Made by a program: the position numbers and the translations under genes. DNA of 64,000 bases from Bacilli bacterium. Lineage in GTDB: Bacteria; Bacillota_I; Bacilli_A; RF39; UBA660. This document shows positions 38,295 to 48,273 of this stretch, one piece after another. Numbering within the stretch: the stretch's first letter is position 1; the number at the start of each line of letters is the position of its first letter. The notes beneath the pieces are model-generated. The model had not been told where the DNA came from. It made no database searches and was given only the letters and a program-made list of their open reading frames with translations. The stretch is taken from the NCBI GenBank assembly GCA_051872655.1, contig JBJEEB010000021.1, forward strand, positions 66,535-130,534, in the 5' to 3' direction.

Positions 38295-39536
38295 ATGGAT
38301 AAAATAATTAATGAAATCAAAAATATTAAAGTTTTTGATTTAAAAAAATATTATGAGCTTATTGAAAAATATGGTGAGAAAAACGTTATAAATGCATTTA
38401 GAACATTACTTGTTAATGGTAAAAATGATGAAAGTAAAATGCATATTTTACGAAAATATTGTTATGCATATATTACTATTGATATTGAAAATTTGGTTAT
38501 TGATAAGAATAGTTATAAAAAATTATGTAATAAATATGGTGAAAATAATGTTGATAAGTATATTATTGAATATGAAGAAATTGGTACAAATGCTAAGATT
38601 TCCGATAATATTTCTAAAATTTTAGACTTTTTAGTAAAGGATGAAGAGGAAAAAGAAGAAAATATTACTGATAATGATTTTAATAATGATGTTATTGTAG
38701 ATGATTATACAGATGATCCTGTAAAACAATATTTAAAAGAAATTGGTAAAATACCTACATTTTCTGAAGATGAAGAAAAAGAAATATTTAGAAAATATAA
38801 TAATGCTATCGATGAAAAAGAAAAGATTAAAATAAAACAAAAAATTGTTACTGCTAATTTGAAACTTGTTGTTAGTATAGCTAAAAAATATGTTAAACCT
38901 AGTTATTCTATTTTAGATGTTATACAAGATGGTAATATTGGTCTTATGAAAGCTATTGATAAATATGATCTTAATAAAGGATATAAATTTAGTACTTATG
39001 CTACTTGGTGGATAAAGCAATCTATTACAAGAGCATTGTCAGAAAAATCTAGAATGATTAGATTGCCTGTACATATATGTGAATTAATTAGAAAAGTTAC
39101 TGCAAATCGTGAGAAACTTGCATATGAGTTAGGAAGAGAACCAAATGATGATGAACTTGCAAAAAGTTTAGGTATTTCTGTCCAAAAATTAAAAGAAGTA
39201 ACTACAATAATTAATGAGCCTATATCTTTGCAAACTCCTGTTGGTGAAGAAGAGGATGAATCTATTGAATCATTTGTACCTGATGAAAATCATTCTATAG
39301 AAGAAGATTATTATAAAATTGAGCTAAAAGATCTTTTTTCTAATATTTTTTCAACATTATCTCCCAAAGAACAAACAGTTATTAAACTTAGATTTGGTTT
39401 TGATAATGATAAAATATTGACATTAGAAGAAGTTGGAAATGTGTTAGGAGTAACTCGTGAAAGAGTCAGACAAATTGAATCTAAGGCTTTAAGAAAATTG
39501 AATAGAAATAAAGATTTGAGATCTTTTCATGGATAA
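38295..39536 (+). CDS. sigA: RNA polymerase primary sigma factor
   Basis: Region 2 (IQDGNIGLMKAIDKYD, YATWWIKQSITRA) and region 4 (TLEEVGNVLGVTRERVRQIESKALRKL). Confidence 0.95.
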   Translation: MDKIINEIKNIKVFDLKKYYELIEKYGEKNVINAFRTLLVNGKNDESKMHILRKYCYAYITIDIENLVIDKNSYKKLCNKYGENNVDKYIIEYEEIGTNAKISDNISKILDFLVKDEEEKEENITDNDFNNDVIVDDYTDDPVKQYLKEIGKIPTFSEDEEKEIFRKYNNAIDEKEKIKIKQKIVTANLKLVVSIAKKYVKPSYSILDVIQDGNIGLMKAIDKYDLNKGYKFSTYATWWIKQSITRALSEKSRMIRLPVHICELIRKVTANREKLAYELGREPNDDELAKSLGISVQKLKEVTTIINEPISLQTPVGEEEDESIESFVPDENHSIEEDYYKIELKDLFSNIFSTLSPKEQTVIKLRFGFDNDKILTLEEVGNVLGVTRERVRQIESKALRKLNRNKDLRSFHG

Positions 39537-39540
39537 TTAT

Positions 39541-39570
39541 GATATAAGTATATTTGCTTATATCTTTTTT
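39541..39570 (+). terminator. intrinsic terminator after sigA
   Basis: Stem GATATAAG/CTTATATC followed by a T-run. Confidence 0.7.
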
Positions 39571-39630
39571 ATTTTTAGTTTTCAAAATAATAGAAAAGTG
39601 TTATAATTATTAGGAAAAGAGGAATATAAG

Positions 39631-40401
39631 ATGCTAAAAATAGAAAATTTAGATGTAACAACTGATAATAAAAAAATATTGAAAAATTTTAATTTAGTTA
39701 TTAATGATGGAGAAGTACACGTTATAATGGGACCTAATGGTACTGGTAAATCTACTTTATCTAGAGTAATTATGGGAGATGCTAATTATAAAATTATTAA
39801 TGGTAGCATAGTTTTTAATGGTGATGATTTAACTTGTTTTTCAACTGATGAGAGAGCTAAAAAAGGAATTTTTCTTGCTATGCAATATCCTATGGAAATT
39901 GAGGGTGTATCTAATCAAGATTTTTTAAGGACTGCAATTAGTAGTGTTAATAATAAAAGAATAGGTTTATATGATTTTATATTGAAATGTGAAAAAGGAG
40001 CAGAAGAATTATCGATGAATAAGGATTTAATTCATCGTAGTTTAAATGTTGGTTTTTCTGGAGGTGAAAAAAAGAAAAATGAGGTACTTCAAATTAAGCT
40101 ACTTATGCCTAAATTTATTATTTTAGATGAACTTGATTCTGGCCTTGATATTGATAGTCTTAGAATTACTAGTGAAAATATTAAAAAATATAAAGAAGAT
40201 AATCCTAATACTTCTATTCTTATTATTACACATCATCCAAAAATTTTAGAATATTTACATCCTGATTTTGTTCATATTATGAATGATGGTAAAATTATTA
40301 AAACAGGTACTTATGATTTGGCTATTGAAGTAGAACAGAATGGATATAATTATTTTAAAAATAAGAATAATGATATAACTAAAGAGGCTACTAATGAATA
40401 A
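39631..40401 (+). CDS. sufC: Fe-S cluster assembly ATPase SufC
   Basis: GPNGTGKSTL, the ABC signature FSGGEKKK, and ILDELDSGLD. Confidence 0.93.
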   Translation: MLKIENLDVTTDNKKILKNFNLVINDGEVHVIMGPNGTGKSTLSRVIMGDANYKIINGSIVFNGDDLTCFSTDERAKKGIFLAMQYPMEIEGVSNQDFLRTAISSVNNKRIGLYDFILKCEKGAEELSMNKDLIHRSLNVGFSGGEKKKNEVLQIKLLMPKFIILDELDSGLDIDSLRITSENIKKYKEDNPNTSILIITHHPKILEYLHPDFVHIMNDGKIIKTGTYDLAIEVEQNGYNYFKNKNNDITKEATNE

Positions 40402-41158
40402 AATAAGTATAGTAAATAATAAAATTATTCCTTTGGATAATGATGACGTTATTATTAATGATAATATTATTACTTTTAATAATAATGGTAATTATCTTAT
40501 TGAATATATTGATTCTAATGATATTAATATTATTATTAATATTAATGATAGTGTTTGTATACAATTATTTGAATATTCTAATAATGAAAATATTAATACT
40601 AATATTAAATATTATTTGAATAAAAATTCTTCTTTAATAGTTAGTAAATTTTATTATAATGATAATACTAATGAAAAAGTTAATATTTATTTAAATAAAA
40701 AGAAAGCTAGTGTTAAGTATAATTTTTCTAGTATTAGTAATAACTTTGATAATTATTTAATTAATATATATCATAATGATAATAATACTAGTAGTGATAT
40801 ATTTAATAGAACTGTAGCTAAAGATGGAAGTTCTAATAATTTTGATATTAATAGTTATGTAGATAATAAAATACTTGATTGTTATTTAAATCAAAGTACT
40901 AAAATTATTACTTTAGGTGAATCTAATAATAAAATTAATCCTAATATGTTTACTCATGATAATAGTGTTACTGCTATTCATTCTTCAGTAATTGGTAGTA
41001 TTAATGAAGAGGAATTGTTTTATTTAATGAGTAGAGGTATTTCTTATATGACCGCTATTAAAATTATTATAAAGGGAATTATTTTATCTAATATTAATCC
41101 TAATATAGAATATAGAGAGAAAATTCTTAATATTTTAGAAGAAATAGGAGGTGAATAG
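40394..41158 (+). CDS. sufD: short SufB/SufD family protein
   Basis: 254 aa, with the conserved C-terminal block EELFYLMSRGISYMTAIKIIIKG. It sits between sufC and sufS. Confidence 0.7.
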   Translation: MNKISIVNNKIIPLDNDDVIINDNIITFNNNGNYLIEYIDSNDINIIININDSVCIQLFEYSNNENINTNIKYYLNKNSSLIVSKFYYNDNTNEKVNIYLNKKKASVKYNFSSISNNFDNYLINIYHNDNNTSSDIFNRTVAKDGSSNNFDINSYVDNKILDCYLNQSTKIITLGESNNKINPNMFTHDNSVTAIHSSVIGSINEEELFYLMSRGISYMTAIKIIIKGIILSNINPNIEYREKILNILEEIGGE

Positions 41159-42355
41159 ATGAATAGAGATGATTTTAAATTATTAAATAATAATATTGTA
41201 TATTTTGATAATGGAGCTACTACTTTGAAACCTAAATGTGTTAGAGATGCTATTATTAAATATTATGATGAATATACTGCCAATGCTCATAGAGGAGATT
41301 ATAAACTTAGTAGTACTGTTGATAGTTTATATGAAGGTACTAGAGAAAAAGTTAAAAATTTTATTAATGCCAAAGAAACATCTGAAATTGTTTTTACTGA
41401 TGGTACTACAAATAGTATGAATATGATTGTATTTGGATTTTTTAAAGATTATTTGAAGAAAAATGATGAAGTTCTTATTACTCTTAGCGAACATGCTTCT
41501 AATATTTTACCTTGGTTTATATTACAAAAAGAAATTGGTATTAAGGTTAAATATATAGAACTTAATGAAAATCATGAAGTTACTATGGATAATATTAAAA
41601 AAGCTATTACTGGTAAAACTAAAGTTATTTCGCTTGCTTATACTACTAATGTAATAGGAGATGAGAGGCCTATTAAAGAAATAAGTAAATTAGCTCATGA
41701 TAATGGTATACTGTTAGTAGTAGATGCTGCTCAAGCTATTGCTCATAAGAAAATAGATGTACAAGATGATGATATTGATTTTATGGCCTTTTCTGGTCAT
41801 AAGATGTATGGTCCTACTGGTATTGGGGTATTATATGGTAAGTTTGATCTTTTAGATAAAGTAAAACCTTTAAATTATGGTGGAGGAATGAATGCTATGT
41901 TTACTAAGGATGGATATGTTGAACTTAGAGAGATTCCTACTAGATTAGAGGGTGGAACTCCAAATATTGAAGGTGTATTAGGTCTTGGAGAAGCTATTAC
42001 TTACTTAGAAAGTATTGGTATGGATAAGATTAATGAATATGAAAAAAATCTCAGAAAATACTTGATAAATGAATTATCTAAACTTGATTTTATTACTATA
42101 TATAATAAAGAGGTTGATACTAATATAGTTGCTTTTAATATTAATGGTGTATTTGCTCAAGATGCTGCAATATATTTAGATAAATATAATATTTGTGTAA
42201 GAGCGGGTAATCACTGTGCTAAGATGCTTGATAATGTATTTAATATTAGTAATACTGTTAGGATTAGTTTAAGTTTTTATAATAATAAAGAGGAAATTGA
42301 TTTACTTATTAATGTACTTAAAAATAGTAGTAATATATGGAAGGAAATATTATAA
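41159..42355 (+). CDS. sufS: cysteine desulfurase SufS
   Basis: FSGHKMYGPTGIGVLYG PLP lysine, and the RAGNHCA active-site Cys. Confidence 0.93.
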   Translation: MNRDDFKLLNNNIVYFDNGATTLKPKCVRDAIIKYYDEYTANAHRGDYKLSSTVDSLYEGTREKVKNFINAKETSEIVFTDGTTNSMNMIVFGFFKDYLKKNDEVLITLSEHASNILPWFILQKEIGIKVKYIELNENHEVTMDNIKKAITGKTKVISLAYTTNVIGDERPIKEISKLAHDNGILLVVDAAQAIAHKKIDVQDDDIDFMAFSGHKMYGPTGIGVLYGKFDLLDKVKPLNYGGGMNAMFTKDGYVELREIPTRLEGGTPNIEGVLGLGEAITYLESIGMDKINEYEKNLRKYLINELSKLDFITIYNKEVDTNIVAFNINGVFAQDAAIYLDKYNICVRAGNHCAKMLDNVFNISNTVRISLSFYNNKEEIDLLINVLKNSSNIWKEIL

Positions 42356-42783
42356 TGGATAAAGATTTAAAAAGAAGTATTATTCTAGATAATTATCAAA
42401 ATCCTAATAATAAACATACTAGTGATAGTAGTTATGTTAAGATTAATACGAGAAATGTTAGTTGTATTGATAATTTAGATATCTATTTAAATATTAAAAA
42501 TAATATTATTGAAGATATATCTTTTGAAGGAGAAGCTTGTGTTATAAGTATTTCCTCTACTAATATATTAATTAATTTACTTATTGGTAAGACTAAAGAG
42601 GAAGGTATATATCTAATTGATAATTATTTAAAAATGATTAATGAAGAAGAATATGATAAAGATATTTTAAAAGAATTAGAAGTATTTGATGATACTAGTA
42701 AACAGCCATCTAGAATTAAATGTGCTACTTTGTCTGCGAATGGTATTAAGAATTATTTAGAGAAAGAAGAAAATCACTCATAG
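42355..42783 (+). CDS. sufU: Fe-S scaffold / sulfur acceptor SufU
   Basis: TAATG overlap with sufS. Contains NPNNKH and three conserved Cys residues (VSCID, GEACVIS, IKCATLS). Confidence 0.85.
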   Translation: MDKDLKRSIILDNYQNPNNKHTSDSSYVKINTRNVSCIDNLDIYLNIKNNIIEDISFEGEACVISISSTNILINLLIGKTKEEGIYLIDNYLKMINEEEYDKDILKELEVFDDTSKQPSRIKCATLSANGIKNYLEKEENHS

Positions 42784-42805
42784 TTATATGGGTGATTATT
42801 TTTGT

Positions 42806-42828
42806 CTATCAACAATACCTGTGGATAG
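42806..42828. promoter_or_regulatory. inverted pair of DnaA-box-like 9-mers upstream of polC
   Basis: CTATCAACA (42806-42814), a 5-nt spacer, then TGTGGATAG (42820-42828). Confidence 0.5.
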
Positions 42829-42831
42829 ATT

Positions 42832-42915
42832 AATTTAGAGACTATTCTTAGGCTCTAAATTACTATGAAAAGACCTTAGGCTTTTCATATAGTGAGAGAC
42901 TACAGGCTCGAACTA
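42832..42915 (+). repeat. three-hairpin module, copy 3
   Basis: h1 is aatttagag|actattcttagg|ctctaaatt. h2 is tatgaaaag|accttagg|cttttcata. h3 is tagt-ga-gag|actacagg|ctc-ga-acta. Confidence 0.85.
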
Positions 42916-43008
42916 AAATAATAATAAAACTTTGTAAAAAGAATGTAAATATGTTTAATTTACTTCTTTTTTTTAGTATAATAATAAATAGGAAGTTTAG
43001 GTGGTATT

Positions 43009-46000
43009 ATGCAAGATAAAATGAAAAAATTACTAGACCAAATAGGTATGAATAGTGACTACTTAGAAAATGCTAGTATTAAGAAAATAGTTGTTTATGA
43101 TAATAATAAACTATGGAACTTTATTATTGAAAATGATAAAATACTACCCGTTTATATATATAATGAACTTATTAATAAGATTAAATGTACTTTTAATACA
43201 ATAGAAAGTATTAAACTTACTATAAAAATAAATAATGATAGTGATGAATATATTAATGATTATATGGATAATTTAATTAACATATTTAGTAATGATAGTT
43301 ACAAATATAGGGTATTTATTGGTAGAAATATTAATATTAATGATGATAAATATGTATTTGAAGTATATAATAAGGCTGAAAATACTTATTTAATAGAAAA
43401 ATTAGATTATATAAATAACTCACTTAAAGATTATGGATTTAGTAAAAAAATAGAATTATCTCTAGTGGAAGAAAAAGAAAATGAATTACTAGATAAAATA
43501 GAAAAAGAAAAAATAGTTGAAGCTCCTAAAATAATAACTAAGAAAGAAAATATTAATGAAAGTAAATCTGAAGATAAAAAGCATTTTAGACCAAAGAAGG
43601 ATACTAGTATTACTCCAATCAAAGATTTATTATATGAAGTAGATAATATTACAATAGAAGGTACTATTTTTGGTATGGATATGTTTGAGTCAAAAAGTGG
43701 CTATAAGATTATTACTCTTAAGGTTACTGATAATACTGATAGTATTTATGTTAAAATGTTTACTAAAGATAATGAGGAATATGCTAGAATTAAAGAATTA
43801 CTTAAAGTAGGATGTTGGTATAACTTTTATGGTAAAGTAGCTATGGATAAGTTTTCTAATGAACTTACTTTTACTACAAGATATAAAGATGTAGAGAAAA
43901 TTGACAAACCATTAGTTGAGAAAATAGAAGATAATGAAGAAGTAAAAAGAGTAGAACTACATGCTCATACAATGATGAGCCAAATGGATGGTATTACTGG
44001 AGTTGATCTTAATAAGCATACTTGTGAACTTGTTAGTAGATGTATTGATATGGGATATAGAGGTGTTGCTATAACTGACCATAGTGGTTGTCAGGCTTTT
44101 CCTATTGCTTATGGTATTATTTCTTCACATAATAAGGGTATTGAGGATCCTAGTAAGCATTTTAAAGGATTATATGGTACTGAACTTACTGTTGTAGATG
44201 ATACTGTTAATATTGTTATAAGAAGTGATGATAGATCTTTAAATGGTACTACATTTGTTGTATTTGATACTGAAACTACTGGATTTAATGCTGGTGGTAA
44301 TGATCAAATGATAGAAATTGGTGCTGTTAAAATTAAAGATGGTAATATTATTGATAGATTTGATGAACTTATTGATCCAGGAAGACATATTCCTGATAAG
44401 ATTACTGAACTTACTTGTATTACTGATGATATGGTTAAGGGTAAAGATAATGAAGAAAATGTTACTAAGAGATTCTTAGAATGGACTGGAGATTTACCAA
44501 TGGTAGCTCATAATGCTAAATTTGATATTTCATTTATTGAAATGGCTATGAAAAAATATAATTTAGGTGAGTTTACTAATACTGTTATTGATACTTTAGA
44601 GTTATCTAGAGCTATTGATACTGGATATTCAAGACATAGTTTATCTGCTTTAGTTAAAAGATATAACGTTCCTTGGGAAGAAGATGCACATCATAGAGCT
44701 GATTATGATGCTGAAGGTACTGCATATGTATTTCATAAAATGGTTAGTAAGCTTACAATGCAAAACTTGGAAAAAATTAGTGATTTAGAAAAGTTAATTC
44801 CAAAAGATGAAATTTATAAATTTGGTAGAACTTATCATTTTAATGCTATTGCTCTTAATAAGACTGGTCTTAAAAATTTATTTAAGATTATATCTCTTGC
44901 TAATACTACTTATTTATATAAAACTCCTAGAATACTTAGAAGTAAATTAAATGAACTAAGAGAGGGGCTTATTATTGGTAGTGGCTGCTACGAAAGTGAG
45001 GTATTTATAGAGGGTAGAAGTAAAGAAGGAGAAGAACTTACTAATATTATTAACTTCTATGACTATGTAGAAGTTCAACCTCCTGAAGTATATGGTCATT
45101 TAATTCAAACTAGTGATTTTAAAGATGAATTTGAAGTTAAGGAGCATATTAAAAAGATTATTAATGCTACTCGAGATGCTGGTAAAATTATTGTAGCTAC
45201 TGGGGATGTTCATCATTTTACTAGAGAAGATAAAATATATAGGGAAATTATTGTTAATCAGAAAGTACCTGGTGGTGGAAGACATCCTCTTGCTAAAAAT
45301 GATATAAAAAATATTCCTTCACAGCATTTTAGAACTACTAGAGAAATGCTTGATGATTTTGCTTTTCTTGGTGAGGATCTTGCTTACGAAATTGTTGTTA
45401 CTAATACTAATAAAGTTCTTGATATGGTAGATGAAATAGAGGTTATTATTGATACTGGTGGTATTCCTTTTTCTCCACGAGTAAAGAGTGATGATGGCAC
45501 ATCTTATCTAGATTGTCCTAGGGTTGTTACTGATTTGGTTTTTAATAGGGCTAAAGAATGGTATGGAGATAATTTACCTCATAATATTGAAGAGAGAATA
45601 TCTACTGAATTATATGGTAACATTGTATATAAATGTTGGGAAGAAAAAATTAAAGAAGATTATCCAAATATTTCTGATGAAGAATTTGATACTAAGTTAT
45701 TTGAGAATTTACATAATACTTTAGTTAGTGGTTATGATACTGTTAAAATTCTTGTTGGTGATTATGTTAAAAAACACTGGTCAGAAGAAGATGGAGAACT
45801 TAATGATAAATCATTAGATAAGAAAATTAAGAAAGTTTTTGGTGGTGTTATTGGTGGTGGATTTGATCCTATATATCTAATTGCTCAAAGACTTGTTAAG
45901 CACTCTAATGATGAGGGATTTTTAGTTGGTTCGAGGGGTAGTGTTGGTAGTAGTTTTGTTGCTACGATGATGGGTATTACTGAAGTTAATCCATTACCTG

Positions 46001-47631
46001 CCCACTATAGATGTTTAAAGTGTAAGCATAGTATATTTAAGGATGATGATGGTAAAGATTTAGGTGCTACTTATTCTAGTGGATTTGACTTACCTGATAA
46101 GAAGTGTCCTATATGTGGTGAAATACTCTATAAAGATGGTCAAGATATGCCATTTGCTACTTTCTTAGGATTTAATGCTGATAAAGTTCCTGATATAGAT
46201 CTTAATTTTTCTGATTTGAATCAAGCTTCTGCTCATGAATATACTAAGGTACTATTTGGTGTTGATAATGTTTATAGGGCTGGTACTATTGGTACTGTAG
46301 CTGAAAAGACTGCTTTTGGTTTTGTTAAGGGATACTTTGAAGACAAGGGTATTACTAATAAAAGAGCCTGCGAAATTGAAAGACTAGCTATGGGATGTAC
46401 TGGTGTTAAGAGAACTACTGGACAGCATCCTGGTGGTATTGTTGTTGTTCCTGACTATATGGATGTATCTGATTTTACTCCATTCCAATTTCCTGCTGAA
46501 GATCCTACTAGTGCATGGAGAACTACTCATTTTGATTATCATGCTATTGATCAGGATTTATTAAAACTTGATATATTAGGTCACTCTGATCCTACGCAGC
46601 TAAGACTTATTCAGGAATTATCTGGTACTGATGTTTCTAAAGTTCCTCTTGATGATAAAGATACAATGAGTATATTTACTTCTACTAAGGCTCTTGGTGT
46701 TACTAATGAACAAATTATGTGTGAAACTGGTACTCTTGGTATTCCAGAGTTTGGTACTCCATTTACTATTAGTTTGGTACATGAAACTAAACCTACTACT
46801 TTTGCCGAACTTATTAAAATATCTGGACTTTCTCATGGTACTGATGTATGGCTTGGCAATGCTCAAGAATTAATTAAAAATAATATTGTTCCATTTAAAG
46901 AAGTAATAGGTTGTCGTGATGATATAATGGTTTATCTAATGTATCATGGAGTAGAACCTATTAAAGCATTTAAAATAATGGAATTTGTTCGTAAAGGTAA
47001 AGCTAGTAAAGATCCAGAAACATGGGCTAAGCATAAAGAAACTATGGAAAAGGCTGGTATTGAAAGTTGGTTTATTGATAGCTGTTACAAAATTAAATAT
47101 ATGTTCCCTAAAGCACATGCTGCTGCTTATGTTATTAGTGCTTTTAGAATTGCTTGGTATAAAGTTCATATGCCTGCTTACTTCTATGCTAGTTGGTTTT
47201 CTACTAAAGCTACTGACTTTGATATTGAAGCTATGATTAAAGGTTATAATGATATTAAGAGAGTACTTACTGAAATTGAAAGTAAGGGATATGAGGCTAC
47301 TAATAAAGAAAATGGTGTTTCTGAATGTTTAAAAGTAGCACTAGAAATGTCTGCGAGAGGTATTAAAGTTGCTCCTTATGATTTATATAAGAGTAAGAGT
47401 ATGATATTTACTGTTCTTGATGATAATACTATTATACCTCCATTTAGAGCTATAGATGGACTAGGAGATGTTGTTGCTAAAAATATAGAGAAAGAGGCAG
47501 AAAGAGCTCCATTTATTAGTATTGAAGACTTTCAAACTAGATGTAAGGTATCTCAAACTTTAATTGAAAAGATGCGAAGTATGGGTATATTTAGTGGTAT
47601 GCCTGAAACTAGTCAGTTAAGTTTATTTTAA
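43009..47631 (+). CDS. polC: DNA polymerase III PolC-type
   Basis: 1540 aa. PHP motif HAHTMMSQMDG, a 3'-5' exonuclease insert (FVVFDTETTGF ... HNAKFDISF ... HRADYDA), a zinc module (CLKCKH..CPICG), and PDIDLNF. Confidence 0.97.
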   Translation: MQDKMKKLLDQIGMNSDYLENASIKKIVVYDNNKLWNFIIENDKILPVYIYNELINKIKCTFNTIESIKLTIKINNDSDEYINDYMDNLINIFSNDSYKYRVFIGRNININDDKYVFEVYNKAENTYLIEKLDYINNSLKDYGFSKKIELSLVEEKENELLDKIEKEKIVEAPKIITKKENINESKSEDKKHFRPKKDTSITPIKDLLYEVDNITIEGTIFGMDMFESKSGYKIITLKVTDNTDSIYVKMFTKDNEEYARIKELLKVGCWYNFYGKVAMDKFSNELTFTTRYKDVEKIDKPLVEKIEDNEEVKRVELHAHTMMSQMDGITGVDLNKHTCELVSRCIDMGYRGVAITDHSGCQAFPIAYGIISSHNKGIEDPSKHFKGLYGTELTVVDDTVNIVIRSDDRSLNGTTFVVFDTETTGFNAGGNDQMIEIGAVKIKDGNIIDRFDELIDPGRHIPDKITELTCITDDMVKGKDNEENVTKRFLEWTGDLPMVAHNAKFDISFIEMAMKKYNLGEFTNTVIDTLELSRAIDTGYSRHSLSALVKRYNVPWEEDAHHRADYDAEGTAYVFHKMVSKLTMQNLEKISDLEKLIPKDEIYKFGRTYHFNAIALNKTGLKNLFKIISLANTTYLYKTPRILRSKLNELREGLIIGSGCYESEVFIEGRSKEGEELTNIINFYDYVEVQPPEVYGHLIQTSDFKDEFEVKEHIKKIINATRDAGKIIVATGDVHHFTREDKIYREIIVNQKVPGGGRHPLAKNDIKNIPSQHFRTTREMLDDFAFLGEDLAYEIVVTNTNKVLDMVDEIEVIIDTGGIPFSPRVKSDDGTSYLDCPRVVTDLVFNRAKEWYGDNLPHNIEERISTELYGNIVYKCWEEKIKEDYPNISDEEFDTKLFENLHNTLVSGYDTVKILVGDYVKKHWSEEDGELNDKSLDKKIKKVFGGVIGGGFDPIYLIAQRLVKHSNDEGFLVGSRGSVGSSFVATMMGITEVNPLPAHYRCLKCKHSIFKDDDGKDLGATYSSGFDLPDKKCPICGEILYKDGQDMPFATFLGFNADKVPDIDLNFSDLNQASAHEYTKVLFGVDNVYRAGTIGTVAEKTAFGFVKGYFEDKGITNKRACEIERLAMGCTGVKRTTGQHPGGIVVVPDYMDVSDFTPFQFPAEDPTSAWRTTHFDYHAIDQDLLKLDILGHSDPTQLRLIQELSGTDVSKVPLDDKDTMSIFTSTKALGVTNEQIMCETGTLGIPEFGTPFTISLVHETKPTTFAELIKISGLSHGTDVWLGNAQELIKNNIVPFKEVIGCRDDIMVYLMYHGVEPIKAFKIMEFVRKGKASKDPETWAKHKETMEKAGIESWFIDSCYKIKYMFPKAHAAAYVISAFRIAWYKVHMPAYFYASWFSTKATDFDIEAMIKGYNDIKRVLTEIESKGYEATNKENGVSECLKVALEMSARGIKVAPYDLYKSKSMIFTVLDDNTIIPPFRAIDGLGDVVAKNIEKEAERAPFISIEDFQTRCKVSQTLIEKMRSMGIFSGMPETSQLSLF

Positions 47632-47671
47632 AAAATGCACAATCATTGTGCAAAATTATGTCAAAAAAAGT

Positions 47672-47708
47672 AAAAATGCACAATTTTTTAAAAATATTGT
47701 GCATTTTT
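47672..47708. terminator. bidirectional terminator between polC and the AraC-type gene
   Basis: 13-bp stem AAAAATGCACAAT/ATTGTGCATTTTT. A second small hairpin, TGCACA-atcat-TGTGCA, lies at 47636-47652. Confidence 0.7.
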
Positions 47709-48214
47709 TAATTAAATATAGATATTTTTCTTGTAGGTAACTTTTTGGGTTTTTGGTTATTTAAATATTTTGTTATTTTATCCTCTAGTGAATATAGCTT
47801 AGATATGGAGGTCCTTATTATTTGAATTTCTTTTTCACTTAAATTACTTAATGGCATTATAAATTTTTTATATACTCTTGGAGAAACTCCTATTAATTTA
47901 GAAAATACTTCAGAATAGTATTCTATAGAATTATAGCCACTTAGTATAGCAATTTTTAGTATCGTGTTGTTTGAATTATAGTAGGTTAAACTATCTAATA
48001 CTTTTATTATGTTTATATATTCTTTAATGGTTATTCCTAATTCTTTTTTAAATTTTTTCATAACATATGTTTTATCATAACTAAAAATACTACTAATATC
48101 TGATATGGTTATTTCTGTTTTTATATTATTTTTAATATAAGTTAGAATATTACATACGAGTTCATTTGAATAAATAAGAATCCCTCCTAGTAATATTTTA
48201 GCATAAAAAGCCAT
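47708..48214 (-). CDS. AraC-family helix-turn-helix protein (HTH domain only)
   Basis: ITISDISSIFSYDKTYVMKKFKKELGITIKEYIN ... IAILSGYNSIEYYSEVFSKLIGVSPRVYKK. There is no ligand-binding domain. Confidence 0.7.
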   Translation of the reverse strand: MAFYAKILLGGILIYSNELVCNILTYIKNNIKTEITISDISSIFSYDKTYVMKKFKKELGITIKEYINIIKVLDSLTYYNSNNTILKIAILSGYNSIEYYSEVFSKLIGVSPRVYKKFIMPLSNLSEKEIQIIRTSISKLYSLEDKITKYLNNQKPKKLPTRKISIFN

Positions 48215-48273
48215 TTTTGTTTAACTTTTTTAATGTTTATAGAATTATAATTAGTGTGAAAGGAGGAAATACA

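Noticed and set aside
1764-47236. Many 60-90-aa ORFs nested in or antisense to long genes. Examples: 1764..1976, 4654..4851, 8981..9184, 14017..14642, 17456..17761, 29578..29838, 36418..36681, 45100..45285 and 46618..47236.
   Set aside because: Each overlaps a confidently identified gene. They are Leu/Ile/Phe-rich products of alternative frames, with no start context.
10478-47708. The AAAATGCACAAT motif, seen after gmk (about 10479-10490) and three times in the polC/AraC spacer.
   Set aside because: In the polC spacer the copies simply form the arms of terminator hairpins. The single extra copy after gmk is too little evidence for a repeat family.
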